A DNA stretch of 64,000 bases from the human T2T-CHM13v2.0 reference genome, Homo sapiens. Where the stretch lies: assembly GCF_009914755.1 (NCBI RefSeq), contig NC_060927.1; one strand, written 5' to 3'. Below the pieces are notes generated by a model, which saw only the letters and a list, made by a program, of their open reading frames with translations, made no database searches and was not told the DNA's origin. Positions 1-14,382 of this stretch are shown piece by piece; positions within the stretch are counted from its first letter, which is position 1; the number at the start of each line of letters is the position of its first letter. Both the position numbers and the translations under genes were made by a program.

Positions 1-710
1 GAGACAAACATGAGAATCCAGCCAGGACAGAAATTTATCCTGTTGGAGAAGACAAATAATAGATAGACAATTGCTATAAAAATGTGATGGAGTATTGTTG
101 AGAGAAAAAAGAGTTACTAAATATATATATATATAGTAAACCCAACCAAATAAAACAAAACTGCCTGTGTACCACTATCCCTATTCTATCTCACCATCTT
201 TTGTCTGCAGTAGAAATGAATCAAGAGAGACATTTGATAGAAGTGATTTCAGGGACACAATCTTGCATGCCAGAAAAACATATATCTCTCAGTGAATCTG
301 CTTAGTCAGAGGGCTCCTCATTTGCTTAGTTCCTTCTGGTTCTGAAATACTATAGCATTAAAGATTATCTGAGCTGATCTATTCAATGGGGAATCACTAC
401 CCTACCCTGGTTTTAGTGGAGAGGAGCCCAACCAAACATGCAACATTCATTGGCCAGCTGGCCTCAGTCCTTACGAAGGCCAGATATCTCAGCCTGGACT
501 GGTTCTTACAAAAATACTTATGACTCCTCTCATGTATATATAGTGGCATCAGTGTATTTTGGTCAGTTCTAGAATCAGCTGCAAAATGTAATTTCTAATC
601 ATTAATAAACAAGTAGTGTGTATGAGAGCCCATTTATTGACAATGACAACTTTATTACAGAGTGAATGTGGGCTAATATACATTAACAGCGATTAACTAC
701 TAGCATGTTT

Positions 711-1010
<300 letters not shown>

Positions 1011-1079
1011 TAACATGTTACTCTTGGTGTATTGTACCTACAATAAAATGTCCTCGAAAACTTTCGGACAGAACTATAA

Positions 1080-1375
1080 ATACCTGATAAATACTATGAA
1101 GGAAATACACAGAGCACTATGAGCATGAATAACATGATAATCTGAGATATATTGGGAAAAGGGCAGGATCTCTAAAGTCTTCCCCCAGAGACTGAGAGTG
1201 AGGTTGAGAAGGGAAGACCAAGTAGAGGCTGACTAGACAACCGAGTAGAGGAGAAAAAGATGGAGCACTCCAGGCAGAGCCTGAACATAAGCAGTGGCCC
1301 TGAGGCCTAAAGCAGTTTGGTGCATTTTAGAAACTGAAAGAATTGAAAGAAATCCAGCCTGGTGGAGTCTGTACC
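1080..1375 (-). mobile_element. L2 LINE fragment (resumes at ~2112-2180)
   Basis: L2-like phrases caggcagag...aagcagtggccctgagg...tttggtgcattttagaaactg; continuation aggccagatcatgccaggccttg after 2112. Confidence 0.55.
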
Positions 1376-1380
1376 TTTCA

Positions 1381-2111
1381 TGATGAAATACCATTTAAGA
1401 AAACAACACTTCCTCCACAAAGGCAACCATCTACGGAACAAACTGGACTCTGCAGTTTTCAGGCATAAACCCACTTTCCCCAGGTTCTTCAAACTGTTAT
1501 TTCTGTGTGATTCTTTTCATTGTCCCTGATTTTAACTCTTAGACAGGACCCAAAGCTTTTTCTGTTCCTCTGAGTCACGAGAACAGTCTCATTTCAGTCA
1601 CGAAAACATCCAGCCTGGTGCAATAATCGGAACTTCTAAGTAAAGTCAGGTTAGCGTTTTAAAGTTAGCCTTCCCTCCCTTTCATAGCTGTGAACTGACT
1701 CAGGCTTGGACATCTCAGAGTGGCATGGTTATCTTCTCAGCATTTCTCAGTTCTAATAGTTCTACATCCAATTCAGAGATCTAGTGGCTGTTGCAGTTTT
1801 AACCAGTCTTTGATTGCTCTGGAAGCACTTATCTCCCCTGCCTTATTTCGGAAAAGAGGTAAAGCTCTCAGCATTCCAGTAAACTACTCTAAGAAAAACT
1901 TAAGCCTCAAGTCCTTAACACCACACTCCTGCATGGGTTTTGACTATGACCACTAATGCTGAGAGGCAGGTTGACAAAACTGGACTCTGGCAGGTCTCAC
2001 ATGTATTGTCTTGCAGCTCACTTCAGGACGTGGATGTACTCGCCCTTGGGTATTTTGGCCAAAACTAAGACAGCCAAAGTCCCATTAATAAAATTCCTTG
2101 CTACTTTAGCA
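1381..2111 (+). mobile_element. Unclassified LTR-like insertion interrupting the L2
   Basis: TG...CA ends, AATAAA ~20 bp before the end, L2-like sequence on both sides; no TSD seen. Confidence 0.3.
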
Positions 2112-2180
2112 AGGGAAAGAGTGGCAAGAATAATGGGCAAAGGCCAGATCATGCCAGGCCTTGTAACCATGATACATAGA

Positions 2181-2468
2181 ATTTTTTTTTTTTTTTTGAG
2201 ATGGAGTCTCACTCTGTCACCCAGGCTGGAGTGTAGTGGCGCGATCTCGGCTCACTGCAACCTCTGCCTCCCGGGTTCAAGCAATTCTCTGTCTCAGCCT
2301 CCCAAGTAGCTGGGATTACAGGTGCCCACCACCATGCTCGACTAATTTTTGTATTTTTAGTAGAGACAGGGTTTCACCCAGGCTTGTCTTGAACTCCTGA
2401 CCTCATGATCCAATCACCTCGGCCTCCCGAAGTGCTGGGATTATAGGCATGAGCCCCCACACCCAGCC
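2181..2468 (-). mobile_element. Alu (AluS-type)
   Basis: Poly-T then antisense Alu; degenerate 15-bp TSD ACCATGATACATAGA (2166-2180) / ACCATGATGTATAGA (2469-2483). Confidence 0.95.
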
Positions 2469-2809
2469 ACCATGATGTATAGATTATAAACAAAATAATT
2501 TGACGTCCAGACATATCAAAGTCTTCAAAAATGCAAATACACATTAGTGTTTACACTGAAATTCAGCTTCTCCCAAATACTTTTCACCACAAAATTTATT
2601 TTAAAAGAACAACTAGTGATCCTTAAGTGGCCTATACTATGCTTTTATGACTAACATTGCAATAGTTCTTTAAGTTGGATCAAGAAAGCACCTAGAAAAA
2701 TAAATGTATATATAATTCACTTAGATTATTTATCTTTTCTTGACAATTATAAACAAGATAAAATGGCTCTACTTAAAGGTTTTTTAAAAGAAAAAATTAG
2801 TAGTAAGAG

Positions 2810-3230
2810 GTATTGGTTTCCTGAAGCTGCAGTAATAAAATACTATAGAGTGACTTAAACAACAAAAATGTGTTGTCTCACAGTTCTAGAGGCTAGAGGT
2901 CTTAACACAAGGTGTCAGCAAGGTTGGTTCCTTCTGAGAGCTCTAAGGGTGAATCTGTTCCATGCTGCTCTCTCCTGGGGGCCTGGGCATTCTTTCATTT
3001 GTAGATTGTGTACTCACTGTGTGTTTACATGGCCGCCTCTCTGTAACCCTGTCTCTGTGTCCAAATTTCCCCTTTGTATAAGAGCAGTCATATTGAATTA
3101 GGGCCGACCCTAATGGCCCCAACCTAATTTGATCATTTGCAAAGACTTCATTTCCAAATAAGGTCACATTCCCACGTCCTGGGAGTTAGGACTTCAACAT
3201 CTTTTGGGAGACACAATTCAACCTATAACA
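2810..3230 (-). mobile_element. ERVL-MaLR solo LTR (MLT1B/C-like)
   Basis: ttaaacaac...tctcacagttctagaggctag...aaggtgtcagcaaggttgg...ttaggacttcaacat...acacaattcaacctataaca are typical antisense MLT1 phrases. Confidence 0.85.
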
Positions 3231-3419
3231 TAAGAATAAATAAAAATCAAATCAGTTTGCTAAATTATAGATTTAACCCAAAACCTTCAGTTAATCATCT
3301 TTATCTCATGTGTAATAACTTAACATGTAAGTCCTTGATGGCAGAGTCTCTAGTAGCTATGATTTCAAATATACATAATGTATAAAAATTTAATTTTTAG
3401 CACCAAAGATAACTGTATT

Positions 3420-3600
3420 GTAGGTGGTAGAGAAAGAATAAAACTTAATTTCAGGAAAATCAAGTCTAGTCTGAGTTCACCTACTATTTATCCATCATAG
3501 GCTATTTCTTTAATCTCTGTATCTTCAGCTATAGATAATGGATAAAGGAGCATTTTTTATGCCTGTTTTAAAAAGTTGTTGGGGTGGATAAATGATATGT
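3420..3600 (+). mobile_element. MIR SINE fragment
   Basis: Degenerate MIR core (ttaatctctgtatcttcag...ataatg...gttgttgggg..ataaatga). Confidence 0.5.
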
Positions 3601-4139
3601 TTTCATGAATACATTTCAAATTATGAACACATTTAAATCAACACAAAATAAATGGAAAACATTTCAATCATAACCTTTCTAGAATTAGCCCTGTAATTTT
3701 ATGCCATGGTCTACTTCCTTTTAACTATCCAGAGTTTAATTTTACATGCATAAAAGGCAAGTTCCTTCACTCGATTTTGAAGGGCCTAATCTGACATGAA
3801 CAGCTTAGAAAACACTAGATGAGTCACTATTTTCTGAATGAATATGAATTTTTCCTTCTTCAGTGACTGAAATTAGATTTTAGTTGTAATTACCATGACC
3901 TTTTTACTTAATTATATTCAAAAATAATTTGTTGGATATAGAGCTAGAAATTTTATCTTCATTGTGTGAATTAAATTTGGGATCAATTATGAGTAATTAA
4001 AAAGTAAATCATAGAACAAAAAAGTTAATATTATTAGATCTTTGCGTGTTACGTGCAGATTAAGGGAAAATGTGGAGATATTAATTTTCCAAGTCCATGT
4101 CAATTTAAAACAATAATTTCTTTAGTACTTGACAACTGA

Positions 4140-4280
4140 AAAAGATATTAGAGGGCTTTGAGTGCAGTTTTCTTATTGTTTAAGAGGAAAATGAAATTCA
4201 GAGAAGAAAAGTCATTGTTTAATCAGAAAGTGTGTTAATGGCAGATCCATTCCAGAACCTATGACTTTCAACTCCATTGA
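4140..4280 (-). mobile_element. MIR SINE fragment
   Basis: gaggaaaatgaaattcagagaag...ttaatggcaga...agaacct resembles the antisense MIR core. Confidence 0.5.
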
Positions 4281-4454
4281 ACAGTATTGTCAGTATTCCC
4301 TGAAATACGCAGAAGTAATAGACTTAACCTCTACTTTTGGAAATTATTTGTATTAATTGCCATTGCTTCATGTTTCTAACAATGCCAGTTTAAATACTTG
4401 AGATGATCAAGTGTTATACAGAACTCAGGCCAAGTCTTACAGGGTTCACTAGGT

Positions 4455-4568
4455 CAGCAGTTCTCAAACATTTTGCCTGCAGAACCCCTTTGCGTTCTTA
4501 AAAATTATTGAAGACCCTGAAGGGCCTTTGCTTATAAAGATAATGTCTGTAAGTATTTACTGCATTAG
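4455..4568. mobile_element. hAT-Charlie DNA transposon, left half (split by L1)
   Basis: Begins CAGCAGTTCTCAAAC (Charlie-type TIR); flank CACTAGGT fits the nnCTAGnn target; continues at 10529. Confidence 0.75.
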
Positions 4569-6114
4569 GCAATTTTGGCAGCTTCATTGACATACAATTC
4601 ACATACCAAACAATACACCAATGTAAGATGTAAAATTCAATTTTTTTCTCACAAACATGGAAAACCAACAGCCTAGTTAGTTCTAGAACATTTGTATTGT
4701 CTCAAAAAGAAACCCAATATCCTTTAGCTATGACCCCTGTATCCCTTTATCACTACCACCACCATCGCCTCACTCCCAGCCCTAATCAACCACTAATCTA
4801 ATTTATGCCTCTATAGATTTCCCTATTCCGGGTTTTCACATGATGGGAATTGTATAATATGTGTCTTTTGGTGACTGGCTTCTTTCACTTAGCATTATGT
4901 TTTCAAGGTTTATTCATCCTGAAGCATGTGTCAGCACTCCAGTCATTTTATGGCTAAATAATATTCCACTGTATGGATATGCCACCTTTTGTTTATCCAT
5001 TTGCCTATTGATGGACATTTGAGTTGTTTTTAAATGCTGCTGTAAACATTTGTATATAAGCTTTTGTATAGATATGTTTTAATTACCTTGGATATGTACC
5101 TAGGATTGTAACTGTTGGGCCATATGAAAACTCTGTAATTAATTATTTCAGGGACTGCCAGACTCTTTTCCAAAGCTGCTCATGATTGTCAGCAAGTGTC
5201 CCCTCCTCTTCTGTTGTTCAGACAAATTTGTGGTAATCAGTATTGGTTTATCTTTAAATGTTTGGTAGAATTCAGTGATGAAGACATCTGGGATTGGACT
5301 ATTCTTTGTGGGTAGTTTTTTGACTGCTGATTCAATCACCTCACTAATTATGGTTTTATTCATATTGACTATGACTTCTGAGTCAGTGTCAGTAATGTGT
5401 CTTTCTAGGAATTTGTCTATTTCATCTAAGTTATCTTGTTGAAGTACAGTTGTTCAGTGTTCCTTTATAATCCTATTTTATTTCTGTAAAAATAGTGGTA
5501 ATGTTCCCCCCTTTCATTTCAGATTCTAGCAATTTGAGTCTTGCTCTTTTTTTCTTGATAACTCTAGCTAAAGCTTTGCCAATTGTATTGATTTTTCAAA
5601 TAACCAGATTTTGGTTTTACTCATCTTCTCTATTGTTTTTCTATTATCTCTCTCATCATCATCCACTTTGTTTTATTATTTCCTTTATTTCTGTTGCTTT
5701 AGGTTTAGTTTGATCTTCTTTAACAGTGCTTTAAAGTGGCAGCTGAGGCTATTGATTTGAAATGTTTCTTCTTTCTTATAATAGACATTTACAGCTATAA
5801 ATTCCTCCACTGAACACTGCTTTAGCTGCATATCATGTTTTGGCATGTTATACCATCATTTTCATTCATCTCAAAGTATTTTCTTATCTCCCTTTTGACT
5901 TATTCTTTCATCCATTAGTTATTTAAGAGTGTGTGGTTTAATTTTCTCATACTTATGAAATTCCCTATTTTTTTCCTGTGTTGATTTCTAATTTTATTCT
6001 ACTGCCAGGGAACATACTTTGTATTGTTCTATTATTTTAAATATTTTGAGGTTTGTTTTGTGGTCTAGCATATGGTTTATCTTGGATGTGCCATATGCAC
6101 TGGGAAATAATGCT

Positions 6115-6452
6115 CAATCATCCCTCAGTTTCTGGGGGAAATTGGTTTCAGGACTCCCTGCAGATACCCAAATCTGCTGATGCTCAAGTCCCTTATATAA
6201 AATGACATAATATTTGCATATAACCTATGCACATCTTCATATATACCTAAAATCATTTCCAGATTACATATAATAGCGAATACAACATAAATGCTATATA
6301 AATTGCTATATTGTATTGTTTAGGAAATAATAACAGGAAGAAAAATCTGTAAATATTCAATACAGATGTAACCATACTTTTTTAAAAATATTTTCAGCCA
6401 GTGATTAGTTGAATCTGCTAATGCAGAACCCACAGATATGGAGGGTTGACTG
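6115..6452. mobile_element. MER2 (TcMar-Tigger MITE)
   Basis: caatcatccctcag...gatgctcaagtcccttatataaaatg...gatatggagggttgactg followed by TA; matches the recalled MER2 consensus over ~340 bp. Confidence 0.9.
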
Positions 6453-6486
6453 TATATTTTATTCTTCTAGGTTGAAGTATTCAATA

Positions 6487-7077
6487 CGTTATGGCAGGGA
6501 ATCCATATCGGTCTGCAGCAACCTCAACTCTTACCTCCTTAGAAGAAAGAACTTGACTGAGGGGCATAAGGCAGAAGGAGAGACCAAGGCAAGTTTTAGA
6601 GCAGGAGCGAAAGTTTATTAAAAAGCTTTAGAGCAGAAATGAAAAGAAGGAAAGTACACTGGGAATAGGGCCAAGAGGGTGACTTGAGAGATCAAGTGTG
6701 TGGTTTGACCTTTTGACTTGGGGTTTTATGTCTCGGCATACTTCTGGGGTCTTGTGTTACTTCTCCCCTCATTCTTCCCTTGGGGTGGGCTGTCCGCATG
6801 TGCATGCTTGAGATCAACTCCTGAGATCTTAATGGGAAGCTGCTCACCCAACTCCTGAGATTTTATTGGGAAGCTGCTGATCACCAGTTTCGGATGTTTT
6901 CTATCTATTAAGAGACTGCCTTTCCCTGGTACTGGCTGTGACCAATTATTATTTTAGAGAGACAGTTAACAACTGCCTGATCCTCACCTGATAGTTGCCT
7001 GACATTCCTGATGTGTGTGTATTGCGGGGGAGCCCTCCCCTGCCCTGCTTATAGCTGACTGGCTACCCGCTGTAACA
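6487..7077 (-). mobile_element. ERV1 solo LTR (MER50-like)
   Basis: gtctgcagcaacctcaa...gactgaggggcataaggcagaaggagagacc...aaagtttatt; ends tgtaaca; 34-bp internal duplication at 6815-6885. Confidence 0.75.
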
Positions 7078-8017
7078 TATAGATGCCCATTAGGTCTAGT
7101 TGGATTGTAGTGTTGTTCCAGTATTTTATGTCTTAATTGTCTGTTTACTTTATCCACTGTTGACAGCGGGTTGTTGAAGTCTCCAAATATTATTGTTGAA
7201 TTATCTATTTCTTCGTTTATATCTGTCAGTTTTGCTTCATGTATTTTGACACTCCGTAATTAGGTACATGTATGTTTATAATTGTCATGATTTCATAATC
7301 AATTGACCCTTTTGTTATAAAACATCCCTCTTTATCTCTAGTGAGTTGTTTTTTGGCTTTTTTGTGTTTTCTGTTTGCATTACACATATTTTTTCCCATC
7401 CTTTCTCTTTCAATATATTTGTGTCTTTTAAGCTTTGTCTCCTGTAGACAACATGTAGTTGGATCATATTTTTTGTCCAGTCTGACAGTCTCTGCCTTTT
7501 AATTGAATTGGTAATCCACTCACATTTAAGTTATTACTGATATGTTTGGGTTTATGTTTATAATATTATTTTTTATTTTCTATATATCTCCTATCCTTTT
7601 TGTTCCTGCATTCTTCCTTTACTGTTTTATATTAAATCTCTTTAATATTTAATATTAATTCTCTTAATGATTTTTTACCATATTTTTGGATATATTTTTA
7701 AATGATTACTCTAAGGTTTACCCTATACATCTCAACTTATCAGAATAAACCAGATTTATACTAGCTAAATTCCAGTGATTTACAGAAATATTATTTCTAT
7801 TCTAACAATTGCCCTTTTTCCTTTTCTGTGGTATTATTATTTTACATATTAAAGTTACAAATCCAGCAATATATTTTTGTAATTATCACTTTACCATCTG
7901 TTATTATTTCATTAACCTCTTATAGTTTTGACTCTGCCCACCTACTTGGTGCTGTTATTAGCAAATGTATTTCATATTTTACATTTTTATATGTTATAGG
8001 CCCAACAATATACTACA

Positions 8018-8018
8018 T

Positions 8019-8049
<31 letters not shown>

Positions 8050-8100
8050 GTGTGCATGTATATATATATATGTGATATGTGTGTGTGTGTATATATATAT
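8018..8100. repeat. Compound (TG)n/(TA)n microsatellite
   Basis: tgtgtgtatatatata...tgtgtgtgtatatatat. Confidence 0.95.
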
Positions 8101-8834
8101 AATTTGTACAATTGCTTTTTAAGTCAATTAAGAGAAAAAATAAAAGTATGTATTTATAATATCTGTTATAATTACATAATTACCTTTACTTAATGCTCTT
8201 TCTCTGTTTATGTAGACTCAAATTACTATCTGAGGTCACTTGGTTTCAGCATGAAGAAATTTCTTAAATACTTTTTGTAAGGCTGGTGTGCTGGGAGCAA
8301 ATTCTCTCTCTCTCTGTCTCTATTTTGTCTTGCCCTTCAATTTTAAAAGACAGTTTTTTTGTATTGCCCTTCAATTTTAAAAGATAGGATTCATTGTTGT
8401 CTGTTTTTCTTTAAGCACTTTCAATATGTTTTCCCACTGCTTTCTTGTCTTCATTATTTCTTAATTGTTTTTTCTCTCTGTTCTATGACTTGCATAATCT
8501 CAATTGCTCTAATTTTGAGTTCACTAATACTTTTTTTCTGCCACTGTATATCTACTGTTGAGCCCTCTAGTGAATTTCTTATTTCAGTTATTTCACTTTT
8601 TAACTCCAGAATTTCCATTTGGTCCTTTAAAAAATGTAATAATTTCTATCTGTCTGTTATAACATTCTCTCTTTGGTACAGTATTGTTATCATATCTTTA
8701 TTTCTTTGATCATGCTTTCCGTCATCTGTATGAACATATTTACAGTGGCTACTTTGAAATAGTTTTCTGTTAAGCTTAACATCTGGTTATTCTCATAGGC
8801 AGTCTCTGTTTCCTGCTTCTTTTCCTGGGTGTAA

Positions 8835-9273
<439 letters not shown>

Positions 9274-10528
9274 GCTTGTTTATTTCTTTAGTGACTGGCT
9301 GGATTACTTTAGTTTAGTAAAATCTAGGGGGGAGCAGTTTAGGGTATGCCATGGCCACACTGGGACTTATAAGGCTCTCTTCCCATGTTCCCTATACACA
9401 CACAGTTATTAAACTCCATTAACAATCTGGGATTGCTCTATTATTATCAACAATGTCCTGGACATAAATTCCTCTACAAACCAATCCAATCAAATTGTGG
9501 CTTCTTCATGTAGTTTCTATGTTCAATGTTTTTTATTTTTGTTTTCTGTTGCCAGGAGGGTTTCTCCAAGCTGTCTTCTTCTGCAGTTCTCTCCTGCAAA
9601 CTAGCTGGTCTACGGTGTTGTCTGTACATTAATTATATCCACATATGTCTTCTTACTTGCCTATTACCCTAACTCTACTATTCCTGAGAGTGTCCCTACT
9701 TTTAAACTTTTCCACAATCTGTTTCAAACAAAGTCAGTTCCTCTGGGAAGAGATTGGGAACTACCCTATTTTAAGGCTTGTTTCTCATTCCTGGCAAAAA
9801 TATCTGAGTCAGGGCTCTGGAGATGAGAGTGGGGACAATGACAAGTTTCTTTCTGAGTGACACTTCCACTTAGGAGCTGAGTAATGTGAATAATGGCAGT
9901 AAGGAAGGGATGCCGGGGGGGCGTGCAAAAGCCTAAGTAAGGTCTTTTCAGCTTGCCTCTCCTAATATGGAACCACTGCCTCAGGAGCCAGGGAAACGGC
10001 TAGCAGGGCTTCCATATTCTCAGTGCTGCTGTGTCCAAGATAGAGCCTCCATTCCATTAGTGGAGATAGGGTAGAAAAAGGGATTCCCTAATTGTTCAAA
10101 ATCATCTGGGACTTAGCCTCAGCAGAAGGCACCTGAAGGTAGGATGAGAAATGCTGAAGTCTTGCTCCTTTCAGGAAGAAAACCCTCTGGATGAGGACTG
10201 TGAAGAAAGGGAGCCCTATGTTTTTGGTTGCAGCAGTCAAGAGTGAAGTTTCCATCTCTCTGAATAGAGGGGGTAGAAAGGTGGAGGGAGGAAGTAGTCT
10301 TGGTTCAGATACCACAGATTCATACTTTTCTTATTGAATTTTCTTATTGAATTTTCATAGATTTTCTTGAACAGATATTTCTTCATTTGCTGTTTTTCTT
10401 TAGAACTAGTCCCAAAGGCTTCGACTGGTGTTTTGTTCTTGTTGTTGTTCCATAATTTTCACCAGTTTCTCTGAAGAACAGGTAGAAGGAAATCCTCACG
10501 CTGCTATGCCAGAGTGGAACTCTTACTT

Positions 10529-10793
10529 CTGCATTAGAAATTAAATAGAATAAATGTAAGAATACGCAAACACATTCCTCTAGCTATCAGTGGTGATGTC
10601 ATCACAAGTTATGCAGCCTCTATATGTTCTCTTTCTGTACATGCACCTTCCACTATACACTCATGAGACAGTGAGAGTGAAGAAGGCAAAGAACAACTTA
10701 GTACAATCATAAAAATAATCTTGAGCTCCTGGCCCTTCTGCAAGTGTCTTGGGGACTCTCACAGGGAGCTGGACTACCCTTTAAGAACAACTG
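10529..10793. mobile_element. hAT-Charlie DNA transposon, right half
   Basis: Ends TTAAGAACAACTG (inverted match to the left TIR) followed by GTCTAGAA. Confidence 0.75.
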
Positions 10794-11069
10794 GTCTAGA
10801 ATTTCCTTCTTTGAAATACATTCCTTTTAATGAGAAACAACACAAAATATTGACTAAGACTGAAATGTAGGTCTCCTAATTTCATTTCTGGGATCCTCAC
10901 CAACTTACCAGGTAGCATACTTTGGACATTGATTCATTTCATTAATACTCTTTTGAGCAGAGCACAAAAAATTAAACTGAGGCCATTTTAACAAGAGCTT
11001 ATGGGAAATCAATCTGTATGTGAAAAAGTTCAAGAATAACAAAATATAAAATTCTTTAAAAATGAACCA

Positions 11070-11109
11070 TCACACACACACATACACACAGCACGCACAC
11101 ACACACACA
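11070..11109. repeat. (CA)n microsatellite, interrupted
   Basis: cacacacacacatacacacagcacgcacacacacacac. Confidence 0.9.
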
Positions 11110-12709
11110 TTTTGGATGTATTTATATAATTACATTTTCAAAATCTGGCTTAAAATTTCCAGAATATTATAATATTATTTCAAAATCAATAAATAGATTG
11201 TTTAAGGAAGCACTAAATCGGCCTCTCATTGGTACACTAATGAGGAAAAATAGATTTGAACTCAATAGCATGTTTAATAACCTTGACATTCAAAAATGAG
11301 AACCAATCATGAAAACCCACTTTAATTTTCAATTAAGACATAAGAAGAATTATTTATGTAGAGAAACTAGGGCAAAAGGACATTTGGATGCTGAATTTAT
11401 GTTTGATGAGATGAATCAAGCAGCTGCCCTTAGCATCAATTTGCGTGCAGAATATGAGTCTAACCAAGGAGAAAACCTCCTGAAGCTAGTATATATTACT
11501 TAATGGCCAAACACTTTGGATCTACAGAGACTTCAGAGATGAGAAATTAGCAACTCAGGAGACCATAGAGATAAGAGAATTCTAACTGATGGCTCTGGAA
11601 AAAGAACCAGTAAGAGAGAATAAAGCATGATAAGCTTAGATTCCAACTAATCAAAAAAAAAAATCTGGCAGAAAGAAGACTTGCCAATTATATTCTTTAT
11701 ATCCTACACAGCAGTGAGAGTGAACTTTATTACTAGGGTTAGAAGCATTAGACCACACTTAATTGGCTGAAGAAAAAGGTAATGTTTTCAAATAAAAAGA
11801 CAGTGATAGCTAAATTGTTAACTGATGTAGAAATGGCTACTCAGCCAGACACAGATTCCAATGATCCTCTAAAAGCAAACCAAGGATGATATATTTTGAG
11901 TGCAAGAGCAGGTTTACATGTAAAGACCTATAAATATAGAATAAATGTTAGATAACTAAGAGGTGTGAGAGACTCTATGTTTGAAAAAGCATAAATCTCT
12001 ATTATTTTCTGATTTTTTGTTGTTGCCAATCAAATTTATATTAATAATCCATAGTATTTGGTGATCTAGAGAAAACAATTGAGAAATGAAAGTGAAGAAT
12101 CAAATTCTTATGATCAATTCAAGGATTTTTTGCTCCACATCAAGGAATTTTATTACTTTGATGTCAGGTGTGAGGACAATGAAGTTTCAGTTCATTTGGT
12201 TTTCTACATATGAATTTTCTGAGGAATATAATAGATGTGTGAAACAATTATGTGGACTGATAAATACTTTATGCTCATTAACAATGCTGTGTTTTAGAAC
12301 ACGTTATGGGAGTATGGCAACATAGAATTTGTACAGTTTAAATGGAATTAGTTTAGAGGTTTTCATTAAGGACCATAAGCAGATGTTTGTAAGATAGTAG
12401 TACATTCTAGATCTTTCTTAAAAATCTTCAATAGCTCTAAAGAATCAAGTCTTTAACAGGGGCCAAGTTTTATTGTATAAGGAGATGTTCTATTTGTAGA
12501 CTGTACCTAAATCTCATGCAGTGGAGGCTTCTAAGGAGAATATAAGGAAAATGTTAATGAGATGACTTGAAAATCATTAGAGATCTTGCCATTCTCCTTA
12601 TCCCCATCTACAGGAAAAAGAACTATAAGACTAGGTATCTTGAGTCCTAAATGGAATAGAGAATCTAGGACTTAATTATGGGCATAATTGGTGTTCTATA
12701 TCCTCTTAC

Positions 12710-13100
12710 TTTTCATTCATTTCTCCATTCATTCATCCTATGATTCATTTATTCAGCAGACAGACAAACACTAGGGAAGTAAAAATGGGGAAAATAGTTT
12801 TTATCCTTTTGTCATTCATGGAGACAATCAATAGGGATTGGTATAGGATTTTCTGGGAACACAGATGAAAGAATGACTAACTTCCTGCAGTAGGAAAGTA
12901 TGAATGGATTGCAATACAGCGAAAGGGAACATCTTAACTGTCATTTGAGAAACGAAGAAGTTACATATTGTGGAATGAGAACACCTCTCAAAGCAAAAAG
13001 AACAGAATGAGCGAAAGGATATAGAAATGAACTCACATGCCTTTCTCAGGGAATACAAACAGGTGTAGAGTTTCCGGAAAGATGCAGAGAGATTGCAGAC
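12710..13100 (-). mobile_element. L2 3' fragment
   Basis: ttcattcat...attcatttattcagca tail followed by degenerate L2 body. Confidence 0.5.
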
Positions 13101-13589
13101 ATTAGTCAACCAGCAGTCAAAACCTAGCTCCCTGGAAACTCCTCATCTTCCTATTTAAGCATCCAGCCAAATTTTACACAGCTCAAGTAATATCTCTGCC
13201 TATTACTTTTGCATGTGTCACTTGACCTCTCTTGATTATTGTTTCTGTATAATACTGTCCCCACAACATTTCCAATTCAGAAGATGCTGGGCTTGGATAA
13301 TGAAAAATCACAGACTATATGGAAGACATTTTACTTTGGGTACCAGAAATTTCTTGAATGTCTACCAAATTTTAACTTATTTTTCTTTATAACTTGTAAA
13401 GTTTCTTTTTATTCTTATCAGATTTTATCTAAACATGAAACAAAATTTCAGATGTACACTTTCTCAAAAATGTTTCTTTCCTTTGAGATCTGTGTCTTTT
13501 CCCACAGGAGTGTGTTGTTTAAGCCATTCTCTTCATGTCTATTCTGATCTTTGAGTGAGGTTCTAAATCCAGAGAGCGCTATAAGTACT

Positions 13590-13827
13590 GAAATTTTCTG
13601 AGGACTTCCCATGTGCCAGGCAGTGTGATAAAGAGCTCATATGCATGGACTTATCCAATTTTCATAACAACATCAGGGGATAATGTCATTTTCTAAATGG
13701 AGAAACATTGCTTACAGAGTTTAAGGAGCTTGTTCAAGACCACACAACTATTTAGGGTTGGACTTGATTTTAATACCAGACCATCTGATTTCAGAGATTA
13801 TACCCTTGTGCTCTCTCTGCTACACTG
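13590..13827 (-). mobile_element. MIR SINE
   Basis: atgtgccaggcagtgtg...ggagaaac...cagagtttaagg..cttgttcaagaccacacaacta...tctgatttcagag. Confidence 0.75.
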
Positions 13828-13844
13828 TCTCTTGCATTTGCTAG

Positions 13845-14300
13845 CAAGAAAAAGAGGAAAGAGGAAAGAAAAGAAAAAAGAACAAAAGGGGAGAGGGAAA
13901 AAGTGAAGGAGGTAGGAAAAAAGAAAGGAAGACAAGAAGGAAGAAAAGAGAGAAGGATGAATCAAAGGAAGGAAAGAAGAAATAAAACAGTAAAAGAAGG
14001 GAGAAAAAATTTAGGAAAGGAGAGAAGGCAGAATGAAGGGAGAGGAAGAATGAAAAATGGAAGGAAGGAAGGAAGGGATAGAAGAATAAAATGAAGGAGG
14101 GGAGGGAGGGAGGAAGAGAAGGATGAAGGAAGGCAGAAAAGAGAATGAAGGAAGGAAAGAAAGGAAAAGGGAGGGAGGGAGGAAGAAAAGAAATGGGAAA
14201 AGGAAAAAGGAATGAAGGAAAGGAAGATTTAAAAAAGGGAGACATAAAGACAGGGAGGAAAAGGGATGGTAAGAAGGGACAGAGGAAGAAAGGAAGGAAA
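13845..14300 (+). repeat. GA-rich polypurine low-complexity tract
   Basis: ~455 bp almost entirely A/G with GGAA, GAAG and GGGA units. Confidence 0.95.
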
Positions 14301-14382
14301 CAATGTCATGACACAATTTAGAATCGTTTATTTCATTTTTTAAAATAAATAAAAGTAGCAAACTCATTTATGGGATAGGAGA

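Noticed and set aside
7828-8709. Hydrophobic 116-121 aa ORFs
   Set aside because: They derive from T-rich antisense L1 and a (TA/TG)n microsatellite.
13841-14367. F/S/P/L-rich and K/E/R/G-rich ORFs
   Set aside because: Artefacts of the polypurine tract, which lacks stop codons.
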